IMG/VR virus record: IMGVR_UViG_3300037852_000186
Location: 1 to 64,000 of that record
Reading direction: 5' to 3' (one strand)
Source of the DNA: a virus
Length of the DNA: 64,000 nt
In this document: one piece after another, positions 9,826 through 19,100 of the stretch
Layout: each line of letters begins with the position of its first letter
Numbering within the stretch: the first letter of the stretch is position 1
Position numbers and translations under genes: made by a program
The notes under the pieces: model-generated
What the model saw: only the letters and a program-made list of their open reading frames with translations
What the model was told of the DNA's origin: nothing
The model's database searches: none

Positions 9826-10867
9826 TGTCAACTACCGTGAGTGAACCGTTTACAGTTGTTTGGCTAGCGGGCGTGAAAGTTACGGACACTGAGCAATTGG
9901 CGCCAGCGCCTATTGATGCGCCGCAAGTGTTAGCCGAGATCGCATAACTAGCGGGCGATATAGTGATGCTGGTAAAGTTCAGCGGTACGGCTTGCACATT
10001 GCTGATGGTGACGGACTGCGCCGCACTGGTTTGTCCTACCGTTACGCTGCCGAAGGCTAGAGTGTTCGGAACGACTGAGACATGAGGCACGCTCGGCGCC
10101 AGGGCCACAATACCGCCGCAAAAATTACCGGTTGGGGTGAAAGCGCGTTGGAGGCTGGTATTTTGAGAGACGACAGCAGGTTCGGTTGCTGCCCCGATTG
10201 CTATGAAAGCATTAGAACCGATAGGGCCAAGGTCTGTGGGCGTGCCCGCGCCGACATTATTAGAAGATGCACCAGAAAATGCAGGACTGGTCGCTTCGGT
10301 GTAGAATAAACCAAAGAGTGTGTCGTTGGGCAAGGTAGCCGCGTTGGTGCCAGTAATTGCGGTTGCGCCTGCCGTGTATGGAGTGCCCGTACCGTTGTCG
10401 ATTAGCCCTAGATTATTGACCGTGCATAGGTATGCACCGTTGTTGCTTCCTTGATTGGGTTCGTGTGCGGTTACAGTGTCGGCACCTGTGAGGGGTGCGA
10501 GTACGTACTCGAAATTAATACAGTTATTAGATACCGCACCGACATTAGAAATAGTTGCCCAAGTATTGCCTTGGGTGTCAGTAACTGCGGGGTCGCCTGT
10601 TTGACCTTTATGGAATATTACCAACGATTGGCCAGCGGTCACGGTAACTGGTGCTAACACTACGTCATCGGCGCCCGCTGTGGCCCCGCCCGACGCCACG
10701 CCAGCAACGCAAGTACCAATAGTGGGAGCGTTGGAGACTACGACTGGGGAGCCTGCACTTGTGCCGATGAAGAAGATTCCCGTCGCGTTCGCAGGAGATG
10801 CGCGTGTACCGAGTATTGTACAGAGGCAAATAAGGATAGATATTCGCACGAGGCGTGAATGGTTCAT
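9815..10867 (-). CDS. Secreted protein: beta-sandwich domain plus C-terminal Ig-like (choice-of-anchor D/ASH-like) domain lacking its last strand
   Basis: Signal peptide; PNTLAFGSVTVGQTSAAQSVTISN...NTCGASIGAGANCSVSVTFTP; stops at LTVVDNGP. Confidence 0.78.
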   Translation of the reverse strand: MNHSRLVRISILICLCTILGTRASPANATGIFFIGTSAGSPVVVSNAPTIGTCVAGVASGGATAGADDVVLAPVTVTAGQSLVIFHKGQTGDPAVTDTQGNTWATISNVGAVSNNCINFEYVLAPLTGADTVTAHEPNQGSNNGAYLCTVNNLGLIDNGTGTPYTAGATAITGTNAATLPNDTLFGLFYTEATSPAFSGASSNNVGAGTPTDLGPIGSNAFIAIGAATEPAVVSQNTSLQRAFTPTGNFCGGIVALAPSVPHVSVVPNTLAFGSVTVGQTSAAQSVTISNVQAVPLNFTSITISPASYAISANTCGASIGAGANCSVSVTFTPASQTTVNGSLTVVDNGP

Positions 10868-10898
10868 TTAATTTGCGATGGCCGAGGCTTAGGCCAAA

Positions 10899-11432
10899 TT
10901 AGGCGATGGTCTGAGTTATTGCAGCGTAATATAGAATGTTGTGCGATTGCGTAGCGTCGAGCGCTTGTCCCTGCATGTTTATGGTGCCGATGCCGAACTG
11001 AAGGGGAGGATTCAGGCCACCGGCGTTGAAAGCCTGCGAGATGTTGAACGACTGTATACCTACTGCGGTCGCCAAGGGTAATCCACGCATTGGCACTTTA
11101 CAGCCAAAGACCAACTCCGTTCCCGGCAGGACATCGCCGTAACGCATAGCATCCAATCCTGTGTATGCAGCGCGCGGTAACGTGGTTATGGCAAGATTGG
11201 AGCCTGTGGCCGGATAAGAATAGTTATTTCCATCATAGCTGTAGAGGACTATATACATATCGCCAGTTGCAACAGCGGCGCCAACTGTCAAAAGGCCGGA
11301 TATTTGATAGTCAAGTGCCAGCGTTACCGCATTCGTGATAACCGCAGATAAATAAATACTTTGATCCGCTTGGCTGACATTCGTAATCGCAAACGAAGTG
11401 ACGCTCCCATATTTGGTATTAGCGGTAGCCAT
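10899..11432 (-). CDS. Hypothetical phage structural-type protein
   Basis: Beta-rich 177-aa ORF in the fibre cluster. Confidence 0.6.
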   Translation of the reverse strand: MATANTKYGSVTSFAITNVSQADQSIYLSAVITNAVTLALDYQISGLLTVGAAVATGDMYIVLYSYDGNNYSYPATGSNLAITTLPRAAYTGLDAMRYGDVLPGTELVFGCKVPMRGLPLATAVGIQSFNISQAFNAGGLNPPLQFGIGTINMQGQALDATQSHNILYYAAITQTIA

Positions 11433-11433
11433 G

Positions 11434-11787
11434 TTACTTCATTACCTCCTGGCAAGCGGCAATCATTCCATTGAGTCGCGACATTAATTCACCCCATGAT
11501 AGGGACCCATGCGTTCCGTCGGCTATCCATTTAAGGAGCTGATATCCGCCTGCTTGCTGGGCTAGAAGCTCATAAGGAATTTCAGCCACCTTATCCTTGA
11601 ACAGTTTTTTCCCAGCTTCATTTTGCGACAGATCCGCTAACTCCATGAGTTGGCGGTACTCAGCCAGTTTGACATGACATTCATCGAAACTATGTGCGCC
11701 AGATTTAGCTGCACAGGTATCTAGGGTGGTGGTGAGTGTCTGGGTCGCTTCGACCAGTTCCTTCATCTGTTCTTCGAGACTAGGCAT
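11434..11787 (-). CDS. Hypothetical helical protein
   Basis: GAGG-type RBS upstream; tight packing. Confidence 0.6.
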   Translation of the reverse strand: MPSLEEQMKELVEATQTLTTTLDTCAAKSGAHSFDECHVKLAEYRQLMELADLSQNEAGKKLFKDKVAEIPYELLAQQAGGYQLLKWIADGTHGSLSWGELMSRLNGMIAACQEVMK

Positions 11788-11810
11788 TTCATTTCCTCAT
11801 GCGCATATTG

Positions 11811-12113
11811 TTAATCCGGTGGTAGCACGTCAAAAATAACTTCACTCGAATATATCGGCCCGCGAGGACCAGGAAACGTTACCGCGACTTCTGCCCAATA
11901 GCGTCCCGCTGGAAACTCCCCAGCAAAGACCGCATATTCCCATTCGATAGTTATCGTGTTCCACGCCATAGTGCGCGTGCGCAGCAGGTTGCCTTGGTCG
12001 CGGATATTGAGTACGGCGGACGCTCCGGTGAAATCATTAGGATCGCCCGAATGCTTGCGGAGCGGAAAGCCGAGCACTTTGCCGTTGTCTGCTGTCGTGA
12101 ATGATGGATACAT
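11811..12113 (-). CDS. Stand-alone BppU-N-like (Ig-fold adaptor) protein
   Basis: DFTGASA.L.IRD, WEY.V..G.F..G.Y.AEV.VTFP; TAATG overlap with the upstream gene. Confidence 0.7.
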   Translation of the reverse strand: MYPSFTTADNGKVLGFPLRKHSGDPNDFTGASAVLNIRDQGNLLRTRTMAWNTITIEWEYAVFAGEFPAGRYWAEVAVTFPGPRGPIYSSEVIFDVLPPD

Positions 12114-15100
12114 TACAGCGTTGCATCGAAAGCAATGACCGCATCTAGCTCCGCGTCAAATACGATAACGACAGGCGGTGATGCGTGCGCAAATGGGAAT
12201 TGTTGGGCCAGCAGAGATAATCGAGCGTAGAAGGCTGCTGCGATTTGCCTGACGCCTCCACCCAATATAAAGCCACCACCCCAGGCCAAGTTACGTATAT
12301 TAAACGCCGCCGCGAACGATCCTTTAATTGTTGTCAGTGTAGAAAATGCGGTTCCAACAATCGCGAATATACGGTTCGCGGCCAATCGTAGAGATGAGGT
12401 AACCGCGCTGACACCTACCGCGAGTGTGCCCAATACGCGGGTTCTAGTTATTGCTGTCGTTGTGAAGCGTGGAAGATGTAGCGCAAACGCCACGGCGGCG
12501 CCAGCCAATTGTGAGCTTAGGGTAATGAAGATAGTGAGCGGGGTCCGAATTGCGACGATTACGCTGGTCGCTTTCTTTACTAGGCTGATGTTTGAAAAAG
12601 ATGTTGCCGTAGCCGAGAGTAAAGTAGAGATTCGGGTAATGATTCGCGTGGTAGTAGTTAGAGCTTGTGTGATGATGGCAAAAGCGGTCAGTGGCAGAGG
12701 TCGAACCTTGGCTAAGTTAGTAAAGCTGGGAAGTTGCGCGACCAACGTAGAGACTGTTTGTTGAAAACGCGTGCCGCCTGCTGCTAAGACTCGGGGCGAT
12801 GCCAATATCGTTATTGTGGTGGTGGCAACGGTTTTAATAGTAGCAAGTCGCGATAACGCAGTGGTTAGGGCGCTGAGTCCTACTCTTGTGGTTAGCCGTG
12901 CTGAAGCGGTGAGTGCCCGAGCGGTGAGTGTGAAAATTGCCGTTGTTGCTGTTTTGATAGTCGGCGAGATGCCGAGTGCGGAACTGAGGATTGACGTGTT
13001 TGCAGTAAGAACATCAATAATTCTGCTGAATACATAGCCTGCCGCCAGCGCTGGTTGCGAAATGCTAAACGGCAATACCCGCGAAATTCGTACAGACATT
13101 ACCGCGCCGAGGGCGCGGTTTATAATTGAGTAGGTAACGTTAGGTCGAAGCTTGAATATCGTCAGCGCGGTTACCGCGCGGTTGATGATGGTCACCGCCA
13201 CAGCCACGGGCATTTTCATGACTGCGGCGGGCGTAAAAGACTGCGTCAAAATAAGAAACGATCCGGAAATATTGCGAATTGTAGTCGCGATGGACGCGGC
13301 GGCACCCAATGCGTCCGTCAGAATAGTGCTAGTGGCTTTCGCCATGAGCCTAGCGGACGGTGCTAGGGCTTTCGTTGTAATGCTGAGGGTCGTAACGGTG
13401 GAGGTGCGAATCAAACCCGCAGCGTTGAGGACGCGGCCTAGCAATACGAGACTGGCGCTTGTAGCGGTTCTGATGAGCGATGTTGGAGTTAGTGCTTGAG
13501 TCAGGATTCCGAGCACTACATTGGCGCCATAGCGGGGGGTTTTAAGCAGTGTACCCGCACCGAGAATTGGAGTTAATATGGCCGCGAAGATTGTGCGAGC
13601 AAGGCGCGGCGCGGTGACTACGCGTGGAGAAAGTGCGGTTAGTGCTGAGCGTCCAATAAAGCGTGCGCTCGTCTTCGCTGCGGTTATCGCTGCGCTTAAT
13701 GAAACTTTAGTTGCTAGACGTGAAGCAGGCGTGAGAGCTTGCGCGATGATCGCTATTGCCGCAGTCGGAATACTCTTGACTGCGCCCGTCGTCCCGAGGG
13801 TTCTATTGATAATAGTAGATGTTGTTTTGGAGATTAGGCGAGCGACGATGTTTGCTTTAGACTGTAAGAGCGGAAAAGTGAGTCTAGTAATTAATTGCGC
13901 GCCGGTTCCGAGAACTTGGGTCAGCAAGCTAAAAGTTGGTCTGGAAAGAAAGCGGCTTGCAGCTCCGAGCGTATCTGCCAAGATTGCCACAGTTTGGTTT
14001 GCGACTTTCTTGATGGCTCCCGTTGCATTCAAAGCCTTAGCAATTAAGGCTAAAGTGGCTGTAGGCACGTAGCGCAGACCAGATATGGAATTAAGGACCG
14101 TTGTCAACGCGGGCACAAGCACGCCGAGTATTATTTTCGGTCGAATCGTCAGCGCTTGAGCATTGATAGGAAGTGTTGATTTACTAAGAAGTAGCGCGCG
14201 CGCGGTGACTGCACGTCCCAATCGCAAGGGCTGCCAAGGCACGGCGAAGGCCCATCTGGAAAATTTAGCCGCAAAGTTAACCGTGGCTGCTAGGATAAAG
14301 TGTTGCGTAACGACCGTGGTCAGCGTAGTGGTCGGATGCCCAAGCCGTATAGGTTGCCATGGTAATGCAAATACCCATTTGCTGAATCGGGTAGAGATAG
14401 GTATGCGCGCAAGCGCCACGAGGCGCGGAAGTGCGGCCGCTGGAGTAAGTGCTTGAACATTGATCGGTGTACTTACTCGGTCGGTCAATCGAGACGCGGG
14501 CAACAGGGTGCTCGCGGGTATTGTCACCGCCGCGATAGGGGTAGCTCCTTGTTTAAAGACGACCAGAGCTGTAGCCCAGTTACCAGAACCCGCAGTCATT
14601 CCTGTTGCGTATGTGCTAGTTGCCGTGACAGTGAGGTCGCTGAGGGCGTATCCAAGTGGTCCGCCTAAATCATTTCCCGCTCCAGCCCCAACCCCACCAG
14701 TAGCAAACTCTGAAATAAATGAATTAGTAGGTACGGTCGGCGTTGTTTGTATATCGCTGGCCACGCCAAATACTAACAAGTCATTCGCGTGAGTAGTAAT
14801 CGCATTGCCACTAATCGGTGCGGCACTCGTCCCTGAGTTGACAGCGGAGGGGAGAGCATCGATACCCTCGCCGTAGGTCGCGTATTCGGCGACTATGCTG
14901 CCCACTGTGATATGGCTGGTTCCTGTCTGACCGTTGAACAACGGATTTATTGTAGCTCCCGCCGTTACGCATACCGCCGACCATATCTCTATTCGCGCGC
15001 CCGCAACGCCGCTTCCGTTTGAGCGAGCCGCTCGCAGATTCCACAGTGCTCCCAGGCCAACTATAGTCGAAATCGTCGGCGAAGGATTATTCACCGATCC

Positions 15101-15814
15101 ATTAAGCGCGAAGATGCCGACTACCAAGTGGCCCACAGCCACATTGCCACCAAAGGTGATGACATCGCCACCGAGAGTCCCGGTAAATACGTGATGCCCG
15201 ACTTGAACGGGAATCGGGGCGGCTGGAGCAATAGCGATAGTTACTGTCGTCCATCGGCATGCAACGCTTTCCGTAGCTAGTTGCGTGGAGGACGAGTTGG
15301 TCGCCAGCGCTAAATGCCCGGTCATCAGGCCATAGGTCGAACCGTATGGTAGATTCTGATCAATGGTTAAAGAACCGTTCTCCGAACAAGTAGGGCTGCC
15401 ACTCGCAAAACTGCCGTTATTGTAGACTCCGATTAGCAAATCGGAATTACTTGATAACGGTCCAGCGAGCGCGGGGATATTGAAAGTGAGAGCTGTATTT
15501 GTACTGCTGTCGGTGAACAGTATTGCGTCTGGAGTAGTGCTTGGATTGGCCCCTTGAATGGCATACATCACAGAGCCCGGACCGCCTCCCACTCCGCTAA
15601 CCGTATACGAAGCTGGCTCACTGCTTGCGATACGAGCAGCCACCCACGTTACACTGGTAACTTGAAGGTGGTAGCCAATTTGCGTCCAACCAACAGAGCT
15701 GGGAGTAGCGCTACTATCTGTGACCAGTATTAGCAGCAGCAGATCGCCATCAACGTGCGTAGGAACATTGATGGTAGCAGTGCCGTTGGTCGAAGCCCGG
15801 ACTGAAGGAGCCAT
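12113..15814 (-). CDS. Giant putative fibre protein: two N-terminal beta domains plus Ala/Thr/Ile/Arg repeats
   Basis: 1233-aa ORF; QALTPA.R repeats; TTHANDLLV domain shared with 3189..6578. Confidence 0.7.
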   Translation of the reverse strand: MAPSVRASTNGTATINVPTHVDGDLLLLILVTDSSATPSSVGWTQIGYHLQVTSVTWVAARIASSEPASYTVSGVGGGPGSVMYAIQGANPSTTPDAILFTDSSTNTALTFNIPALAGPLSSNSDLLIGVYNNGSFASGSPTCSENGSLTIDQNLPYGSTYGLMTGHLALATNSSSTQLATESVACRWTTVTIAIAPAAPIPVQVGHHVFTGTLGGDVITFGGNVAVGHLVVGIFALNGSVNNPSPTISTIVGLGALWNLRAARSNGSGVAGARIEIWSAVCVTAGATINPLFNGQTGTSHITVGSIVAEYATYGEGIDALPSAVNSGTSAAPISGNAITTHANDLLVFGVASDIQTTPTVPTNSFISEFATGGVGAGAGNDLGGPLGYALSDLTVTATSTYATGMTAGSGNWATALVVFKQGATPIAAVTIPASTLLPASRLTDRVSTPINVQALTPAAALPRLVALARIPISTRFSKWVFALPWQPIRLGHPTTTLTTVVTQHFILAATVNFAAKFSRWAFAVPWQPLRLGRAVTARALLLSKSTLPINAQALTIRPKIILGVLVPALTTVLNSISGLRYVPTATLALIAKALNATGAIKKVANQTVAILADTLGAASRFLSRPTFSLLTQVLGTGAQLITRLTFPLLQSKANIVARLISKTTSTIINRTLGTTGAVKSIPTAAIAIIAQALTPASRLATKVSLSAAITAAKTSARFIGRSALTALSPRVVTAPRLARTIFAAILTPILGAGTLLKTPRYGANVVLGILTQALTPTSLIRTATSASLVLLGRVLNAAGLIRTSTVTTLSITTKALAPSARLMAKATSTILTDALGAAASIATTIRNISGSFLILTQSFTPAAVMKMPVAVAVTIINRAVTALTIFKLRPNVTYSIINRALGAVMSVRISRVLPFSISQPALAAGYVFSRIIDVLTANTSILSSALGISPTIKTATTAIFTLTARALTASARLTTRVGLSALTTALSRLATIKTVATTTITILASPRVLAAGGTRFQQTVSTLVAQLPSFTNLAKVRPLPLTAFAIITQALTTTTRIITRISTLLSATATSFSNISLVKKATSVIVAIRTPLTIFITLSSQLAGAAVAFALHLPRFTTTAITRTRVLGTLAVGVSAVTSSLRLAANRIFAIVGTAFSTLTTIKGSFAAAFNIRNLAWGGGFILGGGVRQIAAAFYARLSLLAQQFPFAHASPPVVIVFDAELDAVIAFDATL

Positions 15815-15820
15815 AAACCG

Positions 15821-16102
15821 CTATGCTTTGTGGCCAGTCACCATCTTCCAACGCTTTAAAGCATGGGGGCTAATGGCTGCTGCCTTCTCTTCGCTTTCCC
15901 AATGCTCCTGCGCATGTTTGAGGAGGTCGGTAGACTTCGGTTTGCCGTCTAGGGGTTTACCGCAACCGCCGCAAAATGCGTGACCTTGCGGATTGAAGCG
16001 ACCGCAAACGCATACACCAGCTAGGTGCATGCGACACTCCGGACAGATAGATCGCGCGATGTCCGCTTCGTCCATAGCAATCTGTTCAGGGGTTAGGGGC
16101 AT
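15821..16102 (-). CDS. Small Cys-rich (zinc-ribbon) protein
   Basis: CPEC, CVCG and FCGGCG motifs; AAGGAG RBS. Confidence 0.6.
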   Translation of the reverse strand: MPLTPEQIAMDEADIARSICPECRMHLAGVCVCGRFNPQGHAFCGGCGKPLDGKPKSTDLLKHAQEHWESEEKAAAISPHALKRWKMVTGHKA

Positions 16103-16916
16103 GGTCGTCGTTCTCCTTTAGTTCTGTATTGCGAAAGTGAATTATTTTGCCGTCGATTCCGGTGATGTTGATCGCTTCTGCGAGGGTGGGTCCTTGGGTG
16201 TCGTGGTCTTGTCCGAATGGATAATCATTCGGCCATATCCCGCCGCCGTAATGATCAACCGCAAGTGTGCGCGTGACGAATATGCTGGCGCCAAGGGCGC
16301 GCGCTTGCCGTGAGAAACCCCAGTCTTCGGGGATTGTCAGCGGTATCCAGTTGCCATCTTGGTCGCGCACGATGCGGTCTTCGATGTGGAAACAGATTTC
16401 TTCGACCCAAGGCTTACGAAGGTCTATGAGCAGAAGGCCAGTATTGACGAGAAGCTTGTCCGAGGTCCAGGTGGCTGGCAGATCGTAGAGTTCTTTCATC
16501 GTAAACCGCATCGGATGCCAGGGATCGGTATCTAGCGCGGTCGATGTCAATCCTGTCGGTTCGTGAAACGGAATGGCTACACTGAGCACGTCCGCCTTCA
16601 TCGCCACCATTTCACGCATTAGGACTTGGAACCAATCATCGCCGCGCGGTTTCACGTCCGCATGCATCATAAGGAAGTGAGTAAATCCGAGCTTCTCACG
16701 ACCAGTAAGCGCTGCGCACCAACAGGTATTGAAGCCGCGAGTTAACAGGGAAGATGTAGCCTCGAATAAGTAGACTTCAAGACCTTGGATTAACGGAAGG
16801 TGAAAGATCGCTGCGCCACCGACCCAGCCAGATTGATAGGAGGGGATCGCGACCATGAGTTTGACTTTTGGTCGGCTTCCGTTAGTGGAGGTAAGTCGTT
16901 CGGGGATTATGGGCAT
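16086..16916 (-). CDS. GT-A fold (GT2-like) glycosyltransferase
   Basis: VAIPSY, THFLMMHADV (DxD-like), NTGLLLIDL, PEDWGFSR...H. Confidence 0.75.
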   Translation of the reverse strand: MPIIPERLTSTNGSRPKVKLMVAIPSYQSGWVGGAAIFHLPLIQGLEVYLFEATSSLLTRGFNTCWCAALTGREKLGFTHFLMMHADVKPRGDDWFQVLMREMVAMKADVLSVAIPFHEPTGLTSTALDTDPWHPMRFTMKELYDLPATWTSDKLLVNTGLLLIDLRKPWVEEICFHIEDRIVRDQDGNWIPLTIPEDWGFSRQARALGASIFVTRTLAVDHYGGGIWPNDYPFGQDHDTQGPTLAEAINITGIDGKIIHFRNTELKENDDHAPNP

Positions 16917-16971
16917 TTCGACCGGTCGTTCTCTTGAGACTTATTAGTAGTTCTATGAAGTTATTAGGCGT

Positions 16972-17607
16972 TTATCCAGCGGTCGCGCTCAAAGTCGCCT
17001 GTACGTCCACCTCATAGCCAAGTTGAACTGCTAATGCAGTGCCGTAGTGAGTCATGCCGTATAAGATATCGCCGGTGTAACCCGCGCTGGTTCCAGCGGA
17101 GCTGACACTGAACAATTGCAGTCCGTAGACGGTGATCGACCCTTGGTGATTGAACACAGCTTTGAGTGCGGAGTTATCTACTGAGGTTAAATCGGCGCCC
17201 GTCGAGATTGCTCCAAGAGTAAGTGTCGGTCGCACGGTTTGATTGACATCGCCTGAGTTGTAAGTAATTTCGGTACCCGTTGGAGTGGTAGCGGTTGCTG
17301 TGGTAGTTTCGCCAGTATTGGTCGTCTTGTACTGCGTAACATACCAAGTCGTTTTTTGTGCCGCGCCAGTGCCGCCCTTGAAGCCTACATTGAGCAAATA
17401 ACCCAAGCCTTCTCGCGTGACGAGGTTATCGGCTGCGCGAAAATCGACCAGCTTGGCATCGGAATAAAGACAGCGGGGTTTATCGAACACCTCTACGTCA
17501 TAATGCCACTTCGGAGCAGCCGATATGATTTGCGCATTCGTGGGTCGGACTATCTTTCCCGACTTGTTCATTTTGAAGAAGCTGGAAAAGGGCATTGTGT
17601 CTGGCAT
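16972..17607 (-). CDS. Phage structural protein (fibre/filament subunit-like)
   Basis: NLVT.EGL.YLL.V...TWYV pattern typical of small virion proteins found upstream of long repeat proteins; AAGGAG before ATG 17607. Confidence 0.6.
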   Translation of the reverse strand: MPDTMPFSSFFKMNKSGKIVRPTNAQIISAAPKWHYDVEVFDKPRCLYSDAKLVDFRAADNLVTREGLGYLLNVGFKGGTGAAQKTTWYVTQYKTTNTGETTTATATTPTGTEITYNSGDVNQTVRPTLTLGAISTGADLTSVDNSALKAVFNHQGSITVYGLQLFSVSSAGTSAGYTGDILYGMTHYGTALAVQLGYEVDVQATLSATAG

Positions 17608-17633
17608 TAGAGTGGTTCTCCTTTTGTTGTTGG

Positions 17634-18056
17634 TTAGAGCGGTCCCGCTGCTGACCCAGTTAAATAGGCGTGAGTTATTGAATCGTAGGTAAGGCTGAAA
17701 TCGCCGCATTTACTGGCCGTGGTCGTAAAGGTTGGGAAGGTGCCCACGATGGTCAGGCCAGCAATTGGGGTAAAGGTTGGAGTAAAGCCGCCCGTGCCAT
17801 TTTGGCAGACTATCGCGTTCAACACTTGGCCAGTGAAATTAGCTTGAGGAATAGTCACCGCTGCTGTCGCGGAGAACGTGAATATCTCAGTAGTGACTAT
17901 GGATGGTTGAAGTATTTCTGTCGCGCCCGACGCTATCGTTCGAGCGTGGATAAGATTGGTCGGCCAGACGTAGGGGGGGCTTTGTACGCCAGCGAATGCC
18001 GTACCTACGAGCGCAAGAAAAATTAGCGAGAATATGGCTTTACGTACCAACCGCAT
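17634..18056 (-). CDS. Secreted protein with a tail-fibre-type QxGTGG domain
   Basis: Signal peptide ending AFA; GQ.LN.IVCQNGTGGFT...PTFTTTA....F...YD. Confidence 0.65.
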   Translation of the reverse strand: MRLVRKAIFSLIFLALVGTAFAGVQSPPYVWPTNLIHARTIASGATEILQPSIVTTEIFTFSATAAVTIPQANFTGQVLNAIVCQNGTGGFTPTFTPIAGLTIVGTFPTFTTTASKCGDFSLTYDSITHAYLTGSAAGPL

Positions 18057-18504
18057 AGAACTCTACCGTGCCTGTCATGTCTGTATTTGCCGTTGCTGTG
18101 AATTGGCCCCCGGTTGTGGATATCGCTACCCAGATGCCAGATGATACGTAACGCGGAGTTGCTGGGCTAAGAGACCACGGTTGATCGACGCCGCCAGTAG
18201 CAGGGCCAACGGGCGTGGAATAAAGAGGGACCGTACCGTTGCCCGGTGCTGTGGTGGAATTAAACACCATAATCCAGGCCGCCACTGCGCCTTTGTAAGC
18301 GCCGAGTCCGCCCTTGAACCAGCCAGCCGCCCCTAGCGCTTGCGCGCCGAAGTGATATCCCAGAGCATTGCCCGCAGCGCCGCCGATAGCGAAGGTGTTG
18401 ATGGTCGCGAAGGCGTACCACGCGCTTAGTATGGGGTCCCATACCTGCGGTATCGGATTGCCATTCGGATCTACTAGTAGGGCAGTGCTGGTCGGAGTCG
18501 CCAT
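18040..18504 (-). CDS. Hypothetical beta-sandwich structural protein
   Basis: WIMVFNSTTAP.NGTVP...GIWVAISTT pattern. Confidence 0.6.
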   Translation of the reverse strand: MATPTSTALLVDPNGNPIPQVWDPILSAWYAFATINTFAIGGAAGNALGYHFGAQALGAAGWFKGGLGAYKGAVAAWIMVFNSTTAPGNGTVPLYSTPVGPATGGVDQPWSLSPATPRYVSSGIWVAISTTGGQFTATANTDMTGTVEFYAVGT

Positions 18505-18516
18505 TAATTATTATCC

Positions 18517-19098
18517 TTAAGGCATCAACTGACCAGGAATCGTTGTGTTGCCTTCGCTCGGGTCGCCGTGGGTGTGAGAATCGTAAGTATCGATCATGGT
18601 ATTAACCGAATCTGTATGTTCGTTGGTATGGAACGTGATATCTCCATTCGGCGCTGCAAGATTAAGATTGCCGCCATTCGCTGTGATGTTGGCGCTTCCA
18701 CCATTGACCGTGATGTTAATGGTCCCTGTTGTAACGACGTTTACCGCGAGCGTATGAGTACTGCGGTCATACTCGAACGTGCTGCCGTCTTTCATGGTCG
18801 CGTGCCACTTGTCCGCCGACTGCACGGGCGTAGTATCTGCGCTCGAATAGATCGCGCCGAGCACCGCGCCGTCTTCGTCATGCGAGTCCATTAAGCAGAC
18901 GACTTGCTCGCCGAGATCCGGGATGTTGTAAATCTTGTCGTTTTGTGTTTTGCCCATAACGACCGGCAGCCACCACGACACGAGTTGGTTGCGGTCGGGG
19001 AAGGTTACTCGCACTCGGCAATTCTGTATGTCCTGCGCTTGGACTAAGCCCACGCGAAAGACTGAGGTTGTGGTGCGTTCTGGTTCGCGATCTTCCAT
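18517..19098 (-). CDS. gpV: Baseplate spike protein V
   Basis: RVRV.FPD..LVSWWLP, PDLGEQVVCL...GAVLGAIY, DGSTFEYDR, C-terminal HTH metal-binding tip motif. Confidence 0.92.
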   Translation of the reverse strand: MEDREPERTTTSVFRVGLVQAQDIQNCRVRVTFPDRNQLVSWWLPVVMGKTQNDKIYNIPDLGEQVVCLMDSHDEDGAVLGAIYSSADTTPVQSADKWHATMKDGSTFEYDRSTHTLAVNVVTTGTINITVNGGSANITANGGNLNLAAPNGDITFHTNEHTDSVNTMIDTYDSHTHGDPSEGNTTIPGQLMP

Positions 19099-19100
19099 AT

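Noticed and set aside
3285-15983. Many plus-strand ORFs of 60-160 aa opposite the giant repeat proteins
   Set aside because: Antisense shadows of Ala/Thr-rich coding sequence; no motifs recognised.
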